From Lepidodermella squamata (Eukaryota; Animalia; Gastrotricha), in contig JBLDXI010000042.1 in the NCBI GenBank assembly GCA_047495785.1, positions 3,844,001 to 3,908,000 on the forward strand: DNA of 64,000 nucleotides, read 5' to 3'. Shown one piece after another: positions 25,624 to 37,600 of this stretch. A program made the position numbers and the translations under genes. Position 1 is the stretch's first letter. The number at the start of each line of letters is the position of its first letter. The notes under the pieces are model-generated. The model made no database searches. It saw only the letters and a program-made list of their open reading frames with translations, and had not been told where the DNA came from.

Positions 25624-25916
25624 ATGGGAACTCCTATTGGAGCCGAAGAGGTATGATTCAGCTTTTCAAAATAATCCATAATTACCACCTAATATTATTT
25701 ATAGGTATTCATTGTATTCGTGTCAATAATCGTATTACTCATGCTGGCCGGAATTGGTAATATTTGTAGTATAACTTTCCTCGATTATTTAATTTTTTAA
25801 TTTTAGGTGCTTACGTATGCATACAATTTGGACCCTGCGGGCCGAAATACCCCGATCAAACCATCGACAGATCAGCGCCTTTCTACGACCCTGGGCCTAT
25901 TATAGAAAAGTTCTAA
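25624..25916 (+). CDS. Single-pass transmembrane microprotein, 62 aa
   Basis: Exons 25624-25650, 25705-25756, 25807-25916, with introns of 54 and 50 nt (GTATGA..ATAG; GTAATA..TTTAG). Product MGTPIGAEEVFIVFVSIIVLLMLAGIGAYVCIQFGPCGPKYPDQTIDRSAPFYDPGPIIEKF. Confidence 0.75.
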
Positions 25917-26137
25917 ACAAATCAATGCATCAAAGCCATTTATTCAGTCACCTTGTGCCAGCTTAAAAAAATTCTTCTATTTAGCACTTTTTAATACCGA
26001 TTTTTCGGCCGGCGATCGGGTGTTTGTAACATGACGTGCCCGCCAAAACTGCGTTTTGTAAAATTCAAATAAAAACAGAGGATTGATGACAATTTTTCTG
26101 TCATTTTTTCCATGGGTCGTACATTTAGGTTCAAGGC

Positions 26138-26700
26138 GAAACCAAAATTGCCTGTTGCAGAACCAAATTTTACATTATACTCAATTCTCCCATAAGTGAC
26201 TTTTCTAAAATTTTTGGAATTAAACAACAATTATTTAGCTATTATTTAAAAATCCAGATAAATAACGTTGGAATTCCCGTGATTTTCTGTATGAGGCCTG
26301 GCCCTACTTATAGAACCCGACAGTCATAACAAATAAAATGGGTTCTTTTACCGGAACCAAATTTTCCTGTAAGAACCAAATTTTGGAATTGTTAATGGGC
26401 CCTATAACTACTTTTCGCAACTTCAAAGGTTGCCATGGTTGACCATGCAAAATCTAATTCTAATTAAATAGTCATTAATTTCATTGCGAAATTCTGCGTA
26501 AGGCGCAGTGTTCAATTCTGAAATCGTGATTTGCCTCAAATTCCTAACTCTTTTTATATTTTGGTTCCGCTACAGCAAACTTGTTTCCGGTAAAATATAT
26601 TCTGAAAAAAGTATTCGAAAATGGCACCTTTCATAAGTTTGCCATTTCGTTCCGCTACAGTCAATTTATATTCCGCAACAGGCAAATGTGGTTCCAGTGG
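26138..26700. mobile_element. Degenerate repeat with many GAACCAAA/GGTTCCGCTA motifs; related copy at about 41140-41390
   Basis: Repeated GAACCAAATTT on the left and inverted GTTCCGCTACAG motifs on the right. Internal AAATTCTGCGTAAGGCGCA resembles the reverse complement of 41251-41270. Confidence 0.45.
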
Positions 26701-27375
26701 AAGATATTCCTTTTCTCACCTTCAACAATAGACAAAATTTGTTCGTTCATCTTTTATTTTTTCTCAATATAATAATAATAATTATAATACGTATAATATG
26801 AATTTTAGCTGTATTTTTTCGTCGCGCTCGTTCTTCACAAAATTTCGAAGCATACTGCAACAGGCTGATTGATACGCACAAAAACGAGAAGAATAGTAAG
26901 TAGTGGACACAACGGTTTGTTTGCTTTTTTATTCAAGAATCGATTGCACGACCGAGACGGCCTTTTACAGAAGCGCACAACACTAGGCAATTAAGGTGGA
27001 CGACATCACTTGTACACCGTAAAAAGGGTCACAGACTCTGGTTAATCAAGCTCATATGGAATAGAATAATAGCTAAAACACCTCGACGAGTGAGAAAAAA
27101 TTATTTTCGGTCTAATTTTTTTGTTTGCAGCACAGAAGTTAGGTACACAATTTTTCGTCAATCACAAATGACACATTCATTTTTTTTCGCAAAAATTCAA
27201 TAAGAAAAAAACGGAAAGATACCAGGCATGCTAGAATGTGCGTAACTTTTTTCCCCGAGTAATTTTTTCCAGTCGAAAACTGTAGAATAAAGCGTATAAA
27301 CATTCGATTTTTTTCGGCTAATTTATTGATAACATATAACGGCAATTTCAGGAACTTTTCATCCGAGTCGCGCAA

Positions 27376-30300
27376 CTAGCACCTTGTCTCGTAGATGCCG
27401 CTGCGGCCGATGTAGCGCACCCACTTGACGACGTCGTGATCGCTGTAGTTGAGCTTGGGCTCGAACACCTTGAGGTAGCGCACCTTGAAGCCGGAGGGCG
27501 CGAACGGCACTTCGAAGGACATGCTGATGGGCGGGCGGTTCCACTTCTTCTTGTCGCCGACGGCCAACAGGTCGATTTCCGCCGACAGCTGGCACTCTTT
27601 CATGCCCGCCATGCGCTTGATTCTAAAACACAAACACACGCCCGTTAAAAAGTTACAAAAACCAAAAAATTAGACAACAATCGATTTTTCACGAATCTCA
27701 AAAAATTGAAGAATAAAAGAGATATTACTCAAATTTTAGGCATTAAGGAGGCTCTGACTGAGCAAAACTCGACTATTTCACTACAACCCACAACTCATTT
27801 GCTTCTGATAGGTTACTCAAAGGGAGAAATAGCCGATATGGTAACTCTTTTCCTTGAAAACCAACGACCTATTCATTTCGAAAAAGTCATCCAAGCTGGT
27901 ATATTCAATCGGAAACGATTCCAAAGCTTTCATACAGTGAAACGGCACTAGCCCACTACACGCAGATCATCTGGTAAGTTCAACGGCGGACCGGAGAAAT
28001 GGCGGTTTGAAACACTCTTCGGAGGCTAATCTCGATCTTACTTGAAGGAAAATGCGATTTGTTCATTCTTATTAGCTATTTTGAATTAGCCAACTACCAC
28101 AATAATCCAGCTTCTAGCCATTCATTCGTCATAAAACACGCGAGCCAATCAGCTCATCATTGAAGTTGAAGTCGATTTCGATGACGGTACGTTTCGGATG
28201 CCGGCCGTAGCTGATTCCGAGATCGCCGACGTGTATTGGGTCATTGGGCACAACATCAGGGAGATCATTCCCGTGCCTGACTGAGTCGATCCTGCTGAGG
28301 AAGCTGAAAAAGCCCGTTTGGCTGCTGAGAAGCGTGCGATTGAAGCTGCCCGCAAAGCAGCGTTCGACAGTATCCCGGACCTCCCAATCTTCGACGAATA
28401 AGATCTTTGACGAAGACGTGTGAATAATAACTGAACCGCTCTTTCTCACAATAAACATTTTCGGCCGATTTGTTGTTCATTTGTTCTATTACTGGTCTTT
28501 CAATTAATGTTACAACACCGCCTGCCGCCACTCCAGCCCGGCGACAATGCGTTAATTCCGATACCCGAGCTCGATCGATGTCCTGTGGACCCTCGAAATG
28601 AAGCCGGCGTGGTTATTGAAGTCACAGACCGCGGTCACTACTTTCTCGGCACTCCACATGGCCACTTAGATCGCCATTTCCTGAGGCAAGAAGTTACGAA
28701 AACGGACTTGGTCACCCTGCGGCCGGATCAAGTCCCCGAGAAACAAATCATCGGCAATTCTATCGCGACCCCGCAACAATTCGGCTGCTGACGCTGGTAA
28801 GAAGGTACAGAAGGGCTGCAAGTGCAAACTAGATTGCGAAACGGGACACTGCTTTCGCTTTATTTCGCTCACGTGATACAATTTTTGACTTAACAAAATT
28901 GTATCTTATTTTTCTCAAAATTGTTTAAAAAATCTCGATTTCACTGGTGCATTTTTTTTATAAAATCTGATCACAGTTGTTTTGTTGCGCCCATGCATTT
29001 GCTATCACTTCTAAAATTATTTTCTGTCGTGGTCGATTTCGGACTGATTGTAACAGAAACATAACTCTTCCAATCTCCGCACGTCCATGAATGGCGTTGA
29101 AATCTTTTTTTCTCAACTTCTAGCTATCTCTCTAAATATCTTTTCCTCGAGTCAACTCACATACAACAATAGAATATGGAATCCGATAATCGATTGTGAG
29201 GACTATGCCAATTTCTTTATTTGCACAGCGAAAATTGTCTACAACGGAACATTTTGAGAGGCTCGATACGAAATTGTAGATTGTAGGCTTCACTTACTTA
29301 TTTTATGGTCTAAATCGGACTCAAAAATCGGTCCGGTTTAGACCATAAAATCAACATGTGAAATTTGAAGTCAGATTTAGGCATGAAAAGGTCCATTCTA
29401 GTATTTTCAGTATTTTTCCCGACAAGAGACATCTTAAAATTTGAAAAATCGGCTGATCTTCCCTAACCTAGCTATATATTTCAATTATTTTTTATGAAAA
29501 TTTAAACATTTCAGAAATTAAAATGACTAGGCAGCTGGTAAAATCTAGAATTTTTTCATTATATTTTCGAACCCAGACTCGCTCAAAACCGGAGCGTTTT
29601 TCCCGGCACAGTCATAGAAACCGAATATTATTTTAGTAACCAGCGACTTACTTCCATAGAATGGCGTTATCCGAGGCCTTGTAGCGCGCCTTGCCCTTCA
29701 TGCACAACACCTGGCAGCCGCTCGTGTTCGGCGGCGTCGGAATGCGAACCTCAATCTTCTGCGCCAGCAATTGCGGCTTGAAGTTGGACTTGAGTACAAT
29801 TTTCACCTCCATCTTCTGTCGCCCGATCTCGCGAACGAGCGGCAAAATGCGGAACGGCAGGCTGATGTCCTTTGTCGTGCGGTAGCGCATCAGTTCGAAC
29901 TCGCCATCAGGCGGCACAAAGCTGATCGAGTGTTCGGCTTCGAATTTGCTCAGTTTCACGCACTGGTGGAATTGGCAATCGTCGATGACAATGGCATTCC
30001 GCGACTTGCTCATATCATCTGACATTTGCTTGCCCTTCGCCTCCATGATGACCTTGTCGTTGATGCCAAACTTGCACTCGGGCATACCGCTCAAATACGA
30101 CTTCATCACGACCTGAAAAATTAGGAAAAAATCGATAATTCAAATCGATCAAAATAGAAATTTCCCAACTATAATAAACTATTAAGGAGGATTTTGTAAA
30201 TTTTAGTATCAAAAACTCATTTCCATCACAAAATTGAAGTCAAAATTTCAAATCAAGAGCTTATTTTTGTGTCAAATGTTACCTTAAATTTGATTCAAAT

Positions 30301-30984
30301 TCGAAATTCTGAAACTTTTTCTAATTTTTAGGCTAGATTTTCCAACTTTTTCCAACTTGGGTAGGGTTAGATTTGATTTAAGCTCACCTTTCCAGCAACA
30401 TGGCAGCTCAGCACTTGACCCTGAGGCGACATGAGTAGGTTGACGTATTCGATAACATCGAGGAAGAGCTCGTTACGGCGGTATTTGATACCCTCACGAC
30501 GCCAGCCAATCTGCCCAGTCACTTGACTAGTCAACTGAGACGCCGGCTCCTTACCAGCTGTCTGCGCCCGGATGCCCTGCTGCATGATAAACGACTTCAA
30601 ACTGCCGGCTTCGGTCGTTTGCGGGTAGCCATAGTCAAGGACTTCGTCCAGAATTTCGTAAATGAGAACGAAATTGTTTTTGATATTGTCCTCGGAGAGT
30701 TTGCCGAAATACGCGGCCATGACTTCCATCATTTTGTACATGAATTCGAAAACAAGGGCTGCGTTGATGTTTTGCCGCGTGACGGCGCACAGCCAAATAT
30801 TCGACCGTTTAATGTGGAAAAACGACGTCCGAGAAATGTTCATGACAGGCGAGCGAACTTGCTGGCGGGCATGGATGACGTTGACTCGAAACGCATCGAC
30901 CGCATTCCTGCCAATATCGTCGCGATAGATTCGAGAAATCAACACCTCGCCCTTGTGGTTGTATATAAAAACACCACCAATCAT
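27376..30984 (-). CDS. AP2M1: AP-2 complex subunit mu, 434 aa
   Basis: Exons 30984-30388, 30112-29652, 27622-27376. Highly conserved sequence from [47 protein letters not shown] to [16 protein letters not shown]. Confidence 0.98.
28150..28860 (+). mobile_element. Decayed Ginger2/KRBA2-SCAND3-like integrase transposon C-terminal fragment in AP2M1 intron 2
   Basis: [44 protein letters not shown] followed, in another frame, by the Cys-rich [14 protein letters not shown]. This matches my recollection of that family's C-terminus. An upstream coding-like stretch (28153-28400) has an internal stop. Confidence 0.7.
29300..29351. repeat. Intronic hairpin
   Basis: ATTTTATGGTCTAAA / TTTAGACCATAAAAT form perfect 15-bp arms, extended inward by CGGAC/GTCCG. 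Confidence 0.7.
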
Positions 30985-31412
30985 TTTTCAATAAATAAAA
31001 AATGATCTAAAAAATCGAGTCAATTTTAGAATAAGTCTGACTTTTGAATATTTAATTGCAAGACAACATCTACCGTTATTTGCACTATATATATAATTTT
31101 GTATGATTGGTGAGCATCCATTCAGTCGTCGTCATATGTTTTTTGCAGCTGAGATTCTTGCCTAATACACGACAGAAAAATTGTAGCCATAAAATTCGCA
31201 GTGAGCATATTATTACAATTAGTGTTAAAAATGACAAGCAAAAAAGACAGAATTTTCCAGATATTTACAACACGAGGAATGAAGAACGCGCACGAGAACA
31301 AATACAAAATAAGATGATGGTGGGACCTCAAATGAAAACAAATAATTTCTGTTTGGCCAAGATGTAGAAAGATTCGGTTTTCAAGTGGGGCTAGGTCCAG
31401 ATTAGACACAAC

Positions 31413-32630
31413 TCATGACGCGCCTTCCGTCGCCGGATCCTCGCTCTCCTTCTTCGGCCCATCCACTTGGTCCTGACTTGCTGATGACGGCCGATCACCG
31501 CTATTACGCGCCTCACTGCCGTCGGTATTGCTTGATCTTGATGCGTTATCAGCAGCCTCAGAGATTTGGCGGGATGCAGATGATGATGGTCGATTCACTG
31601 CGGCTTTCGAAGATGCCGCATTTTCGTTGAATTCGCTTAGGCACAGTCGGCAACTCCAACTACCCTCTGGCGGCTCAGAAATCGGCGGGTCAAGGCAGTA
31701 CATGTGGTAACCACGGTCACAGTCGTCGCAAAACAAGAGGACATCGTCATTTTCTGATGTGCCGCAAATGGCGCAAGTTTTACAGTCGATGCATTGCCAT
31801 TTGTACTTTTTAACGCTAATCAACATGTTATCGGTAAATTGAAGGCAAGTTGGATGGCCGCCTTTGCCGCAATCTGAGCAAACAATCAATTCTTCGGGTT
31901 TGCCAGTCTTTTGACTATTGAGAACTTCAACCCGGCATACGTCACAAATATTAGATGGCAACCGAGGACGCACAAACTCGGTAGGAGGCGGAGGTGCGGC
32001 TGCCACTGGAGCTGGATGAGCTTTCATCAAATGGTAATGGAGGCCTGGCTTTGTTTTGTAACCCAAACCACAAGTGTCGCAGATGAATGGCTTCATTGCG
32101 TCCTCATCTGTTACCTGGCGCCTTCCGCCACTTCTCCGAGCTGCATATGGAGCGCCTGTCGAAGGAGAAACGCCGGCTTTCCTGCGACGCTTCTTGTAAC
32201 TTTCGTCGTAATAATCATCCTCCTCGTCTTCGTCTTCGTTAAATTCATCTTCGCCATGCAAGAAGCTGTCTAACTCTGCCTGGGACCAGTTAACGTTAGA
32301 ATTAGCCCCTTCGGCTGCTCCAGCTCTACCTGAAGCCTCCAAGTCATTAGTCGCGTCTACACCATTACTCCCAGTGGCGGCTTCCTCGGATGCAACAGGC
32401 CGTGCTTTTCTTATCCACTTCCAGCGAGGAGCAGGATAAGAGTAAACCTGATCCATTCGCACCCCCGGAAAGCGTTCAGATTCTTTGTGCCACAAATGCC
32501 TATTGTCGGTTTGGGTGACACCCGTCTGAGCGTCATAAAATGGTAGTCGATCAGATCGGTCTCGCAGCAGCATCCCATTCCACCTAGATGCATTATCCAT
32601 CATGTCCAAGTATGTTTGTTCCGCATCCAT
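31413..32630 (-). CDS. DPF2: d4/DPF (Requiem) zinc finger protein, BAF45 subunit, about 405 aa, single coding exon
   Basis: Requiem N-domain (RLPFYDAQTGVTQ..YSYPAPRW), C2H2 finger (KPFICDTCGLGYKTKPGLHYHLMKAH) and tandem PHD (CSDCGKGGHPTCLQF..WQCIDCKTC..LLFCDDCDRGYHMYCL). The ATG directly follows an acceptor TCTCAG. The symbol denotes the single invertebrate DPF1/2/3 orthologue. Confidence 0.95.
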   Translation of the reverse strand: MDAEQTYLDMMDNASRWNGMLLRDRSDRLPFYDAQTGVTQTDNRHLWHKESERFPGVRMDQVYSYPAPRWKWIRKARPVASEEAATGSNGVDATNDLEASGRAGAAEGANSNVNWSQAELDSFLHGEDEFNEDEDEEDDYYDESYKKRRRKAGVSPSTGAPYAARRSGGRRQVTDEDAMKPFICDTCGLGYKTKPGLHYHLMKAHPAPVAAAPPPPTEFVRPRLPSNICDVCRVEVLNSQKTGKPEELIVCSDCGKGGHPTCLQFTDNMLISVKKYKWQCIDCKTCAICGTSENDDVLLFCDDCDRGYHMYCLDPPISEPPEGSWSCRLCLSEFNENAASSKAAVNRPSSSASRQISEAADNASRSSNTDGSEARNSGDRPSSASQDQVDGPKKESEDPATEGAS

Positions 32631-33299
32631 CTGAGAACAAGTCAACAGAAAAATCTAAAAACAAATGATACAATAGGCTTGATTAGAGAGTTCGTAAACA
32701 GTCAAGATTGAAAGTTCCCGGGTCACCGGTCACCGGCATTTGGAGTGCGGAGTTGAGTATCCACTCAGTATGATTCGGTGCAGTCGATGACCAAAGACAA
32801 CCGGCTCTCAAACACAACTGGTTCAACTTCTAAATGACGACGACCCCAAGAAACCACTAAATTGCCATTCTTATCAGGGAAGTAGTAGCTAGTAGTGTGT
32901 AGTAGTTTAGAAATCGAAAAACGAACATGTTGGGCAAGCAATTCCGTCTACCGAGGTTTCAAATTATGTAGGCGGTAGCTTAGATAATCCTGAATAGAAG
33001 GCTCATACGCTCAATACTTTGAGTAGGGTTACATTTATGTATATCCTGACAGCGACCGTTTTTACAACTCAAACTTAAACCACGTCATACGTCATATTGT
33101 GTCGCGTGACGCTCAGAATGCCGCTCAGAAGCGGGATACGCCACTGGGAAATGGGAGGCATGGGACATGAGAGACACCACAAGAAACGAGTGGGGGTGAA
33201 GATTGGGGTCCAAGAGCAAAGAGCATGCAAAATAAGGGTTGCTCCTCAAACCTCTACTTTCTACTTCCATCATTCATTTTCACGTTCGGCTCGGCGCTG

Positions 33300-33900
33300 C
33301 TTTATTCTCTAAACGGTGGTTTTCCCGCAAACTCTTTCGCTTTGATACCCCCTATTCGTAATTATTTGAGTTTGTAAATTATTATTGATAACGGAGAAAT
33401 CAATCTAAAAATAATGAATTACATATTTTGGAAATTATTATATTTAGGTATTTTCAAGAATAAATGAAGATTTTCGTATTTAATCCGACTGACCAACGAT
33501 CGAGTCGATCATCTGGGCGGATCGCGGGTTTGGAGCACCCGTGATTGTGGACCGTGTCCTGTTTTGTGTTTTGTGATACCTTGCTGCTTGCCTGTTAATT
33601 CATCCCTCAACCCTCAAGTCACGCAGCGTACGTTTCTAATAATCAAGCCAATCGTAGAGAATCGTAGAGATAACCCTTTTAGGGGTTATCTCTACGATTG
33701 GCTCTATCTACGATTATCTCTACGATCTCGATCAACGCTGGGCGCTGAGTGCAACTACCATTTTGAGTAGAGTTGTTTTCTAATGCCGGGCGCCGTTCTC
33801 TAACCAATTTGTCTTTTCTGAAAGCTGCGCGCCGCTATTCACTATTGCCGTCTCCTATTGGCTCTTGGCGAATCAATTCTTCTTCTTGCCTTTGTTGTGT
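33300..33900. promoter_or_regulatory. Divergent promoter region between DPF and COX6C, containing a 17-bp palindrome and an ATCGTAGA motif cluster
   Basis: Genes are head to head; AATCGTAGAGATAACCC (33660-33676) / GGGTTATCTCTACGATT (33683-33699); several CCAAT/ATTGG boxes nearby. Confidence 0.5.
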
Positions 33901-33951
33901 CAGTATCTCATAACTTTTGGTTCATATGTAGATTTTATTCAACATTTAACG

Positions 33952-34203
33952 ATGTCCGTCGCAAGGCCAGTTTTGCGCGACTTGCACAACAGCTACTCCA
34001 AGCTGACGATGATTATCGGACTTGGCGGTGGCGTCATCGCCGGCGCTGCTTGGTGGTTTTTACACGCCGCTCCTAAGCGCAACGCCATTCAAGACTTTTA
34101 CAAGAACTACGATGCCGATAAGGCTTTCGATCAAATGGTGAAAGCTGGTCTGTTTCAGTCAGTCAACAAAGACGGCTCGATCAACGCTGAAAAGTACCAA
34201 TAA
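33952..34203 (+). CDS. COX6C: Cytochrome c oxidase subunit 6C, 83 aa
   Basis: MSVARPVLRDL, one TM helix, then PKRNAIQDFYKNYDADKAFDQMVKAGLFQS, the COX6C signature. Confidence 0.92.
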   Translation: MSVARPVLRDLHNSYSKLTMIIGLGGGVIAGAAWWFLHAAPKRNAIQDFYKNYDADKAFDQMVKAGLFQSVNKDGSINAEKYQ

Positions 34204-34624
34204 TCGTCTGAACCGGTTTTAGTGGCTGCAGACAAACATATTTAAGATGTCAAATCAAATAATCGGGAAATAATTACGCTAATTAGTTGATTTTGTGATG
34301 GAAGCAAAGAAATACCGTATGTTAGGTCATCGCCACTTGAAATTTTCTAGTTTTCACTCTCTGACTTACTGCCCTAGAGTACTCTTGCATCTCCTTCGAC
34401 TGCTAAACTTGTCAATATTGCCATCGGTTGACAAAAAGCGACTTGTTGTGTCATTAATAATTAGATGCGTAATTAAAATTTGAAGGAAAGTAAACATGCA
34501 CCAGCCCCGAAATTTCCCGTGAAATAAAAGTTATTACGAGTTACTTATGCTTCATTTCTTAGATTTTAGCTATTATGTATCGCACAATTTTTGACCAACT
34601 CATTTGACTCTTCCCCTATCTTCA

Positions 34625-37600
34625 ATGGAAGTGGCACCAGCCAGAGATCCTGAAGAGGATCGGCCGGTTGAAGGAGCAGAGGTCAAGGAGGAGAGCCAAG
34701 CGCCGGAGTCCGTTGAAGCCCCTCAATCAGACGTAGATTGCTCAACGCTACCCGACTTTCTCGAAATTTTATCTTTCTTCGAAAAATTCGCCCCTTTGTT
34801 GGATTTGCAAAATCCGATATTGTTGGAACACCTGAAGAATGGTGCTGAAAACTCGAAAACTTGTGGTATGATGGATTTTTTCGGCATTTTTCAATTAATC
34901 ATATGCTTTCTTTTCAGCTGAATGGCGCATATTGCATTGCAATTTATTGAGGAGAATAAGTAAAACTTTCAAGGCTGAACGTTGGACTCAAGAGTTACTC
35001 AAAGTCTGCGCGCGATATGGATTAGTCGCGGAGAATATCGAAGGTGGCTATTCAAGTCTGCCGATCGAAACTAAATTAGAAATTCTCAAGCTGCTATGCG
35101 AACTTCAATTCACAGCAAATGCTAAATTCAAGGATAAAATCGAAGCTATCGAAGATCCATCAATATTGCGGCAAGAACCTGTTGGCCGCGATAGGAATGG
35201 GAGGAGTTATTTCTATTTTCAAGTATGAAATGGTTTTTTCTTCAAATCAGTTACTAATTATCTTATTTCTTTAGGACAGCGAATGTAATCTTTACTTATA
35301 CGCGTCACCTCAATCAGCACTCGAAACATTTGAAGTAGTCGCTAATGATCGGGATAGTTTCGCGGCAGCAATTGACAAATTGAAATCTGAAATTTCTGCT
35401 GAGGAGGTTGCAGCTGCGGATAAAAGTAATTTCGTGCTTAACTGTCAAACTTACTAATAAAATTTATTGTGTTGAAGAAAATGGCGGCGATGCCAAATCA
35501 GATGGCCCTACCTCAACAGCCGGCGATCGGTCTCAAAGCGCTGCTTCCTCGAACCCTCAGGCTGCTCAAAACGGAAAAAACGGGTCAAAAAATAGCGAGG
35601 ACAGTCGGCCCTCTTCAAGTCAGACTACTAACGAAGAAGCCGAATTAGATTCGCCCGAAAAAGCTCGAGGCGGCAATTCGCCAATTGCGTCTTCACCCCC
35701 AACTAGAAACCGGGGTCGTAAGAACGCCTCGCCAGTCAGTGCTTCCACATCTGCGTCGACTACTCGTTCGAGCTCGGCGGCATCTTCCGCCAAACCTGCT
35801 TCTTCTAAGAAGAAAAAAACTGCTGCAAAAAATTCCAGATCAAAATCAAGCAATGCAACTCCGAAATCAACCGCGAAAAATGGCCGAGGCAGAGGTCGGG
35901 GGTCAGCGAAAAAATCAAAGAAGGAATCTTCCGACGAGCAATCCGAAAGTGAGGCCGAAAAAAGCGAGGAGGAGCAGAATAGTGATAGCGAAAGTGATCC
36001 TGAAATTCCTCTAGCGAAAATTAAAACTGGCCGAACACCTCGGGCAGCTGCAGCGAAAGCCGTAGCTCGGATATCGAAACAAAAAGGAAAAGCTCCGGCT
36101 AAAAAGGCCGCGCCCTCCAGCGATGAAGAGGAGGTCGAAGAGCCACCGGAGGAGGATGAAGAGGAGGAAAATTCCGAATCGGAAGAGGAAGATGAATACA
36201 TGCCTTCTAGCGCAAGAAGGGGCAGGGGTCGAGGCAGAGGCCGGGGCGCGGGTAAGCAAGTCACACCAGCCCCGCCTAGATTCACCCCGGTAGGCAAGAA
36301 GGGCGGTAAAAAGGGCGCTGTAATTGAGCCGGAACCGATCGATTCTTCAGAAATCGAGGATGACACCGAGTGTGCGAAATGTCACAAATTCAATCACCCT
36401 AGTAAATTGCTGCTCTGTGACAAGTGCGACACTGGCTACCACACATTTTGCCTGGTCCCGCCTATCGTTCTCATACCCGAGGGTGACTGGTTCTGCCCGG
36501 TTTGCGAGCACCGGGTGTTGATCGAGAAATTGACGGCTATTTTGGAAAAACTTGACCATGACATTAAAGAGCTCGAGAAAAAGCGGGCACGTGAAAAGGC
36601 TGGTCGAAAGGAGCTGCTCAAATTAATGGACGATCCCTGGTATGGCAAGAAGGCGAAACGTCGCGAAGAGGAAGTCGAAGCTAAGCCTGGCGATAACGGG
36701 GCGAATAACAGCGAAACTGAATCGCCTGAAATCGGCGACTTCAGCGTTCGATCGTGCCGGCGGAAGAAGAAAATCGATTATTCTATGACTGATTTTGATC
36801 AGCAAATCGAAGACGCGATTTTGGTGCCGAATAACTCCACCCGTCGCTCGAGAAATCGAATTGTCGACGATGAAGAGGGCGCTGTGAAGAAGGAAGGCGG
36901 TGATAACAATGACGAGGAGGGGGATGACGAAGACAGGCCTAATAGTGCTGATTTTGCCCTTCCAGCGTGGGCGAAAGATGAAGCTGGCGAAGACAGTCCG
37001 ACTCCGAAACGCGGCCGAAGTAGGGCTAGCAAGGAAAGTGACGACGAATATCAGCCGTCTGAGGACGAAGATGCGCCTAAAAAGGTTAAGGCGGGTCGGT
37101 GTCGGCCGAGTGGGGCGAAACCGAGCGCGTATCGAAGGGGCCGCGGACGGAGGGCGAGTGACGATGATGATGACGATGAGGAGTACGATCCGACCCCTGA
37201 GCCTGTTCCGAAAAAACCAAAGAAGAAACTCCCGAAGAACTGGGAGGAAGAGGATTACCACATGTCATGGTAAGATTTTATTTTTTTTCAAATTTTTAAT
37301 CTAAGAAATTTTTCGAAATAATTGAAAAAATTTGCTTATTTATATACTTTATTGAAAGTTATTGTACCTATTATGTCAATTATGAATCGAAAAAAAATAA
37401 AAATTTGCATTTTTTTCTACTAGGGATTCTGATGAAGTCGAAGACGAATGGGACAGTGATGCTGCTTCGGATTTCGGTGGTCGAAAGCGGAAGCGTAAAG
37501 GCGGCAGCAGTGGTGGTCAACAAAAGCGGAAAAAGCAGCGTTTCCTGTACGCCTCGTCCGAATCTGACTCTGACAACCAAGACTATCAAGACTATAAAGA

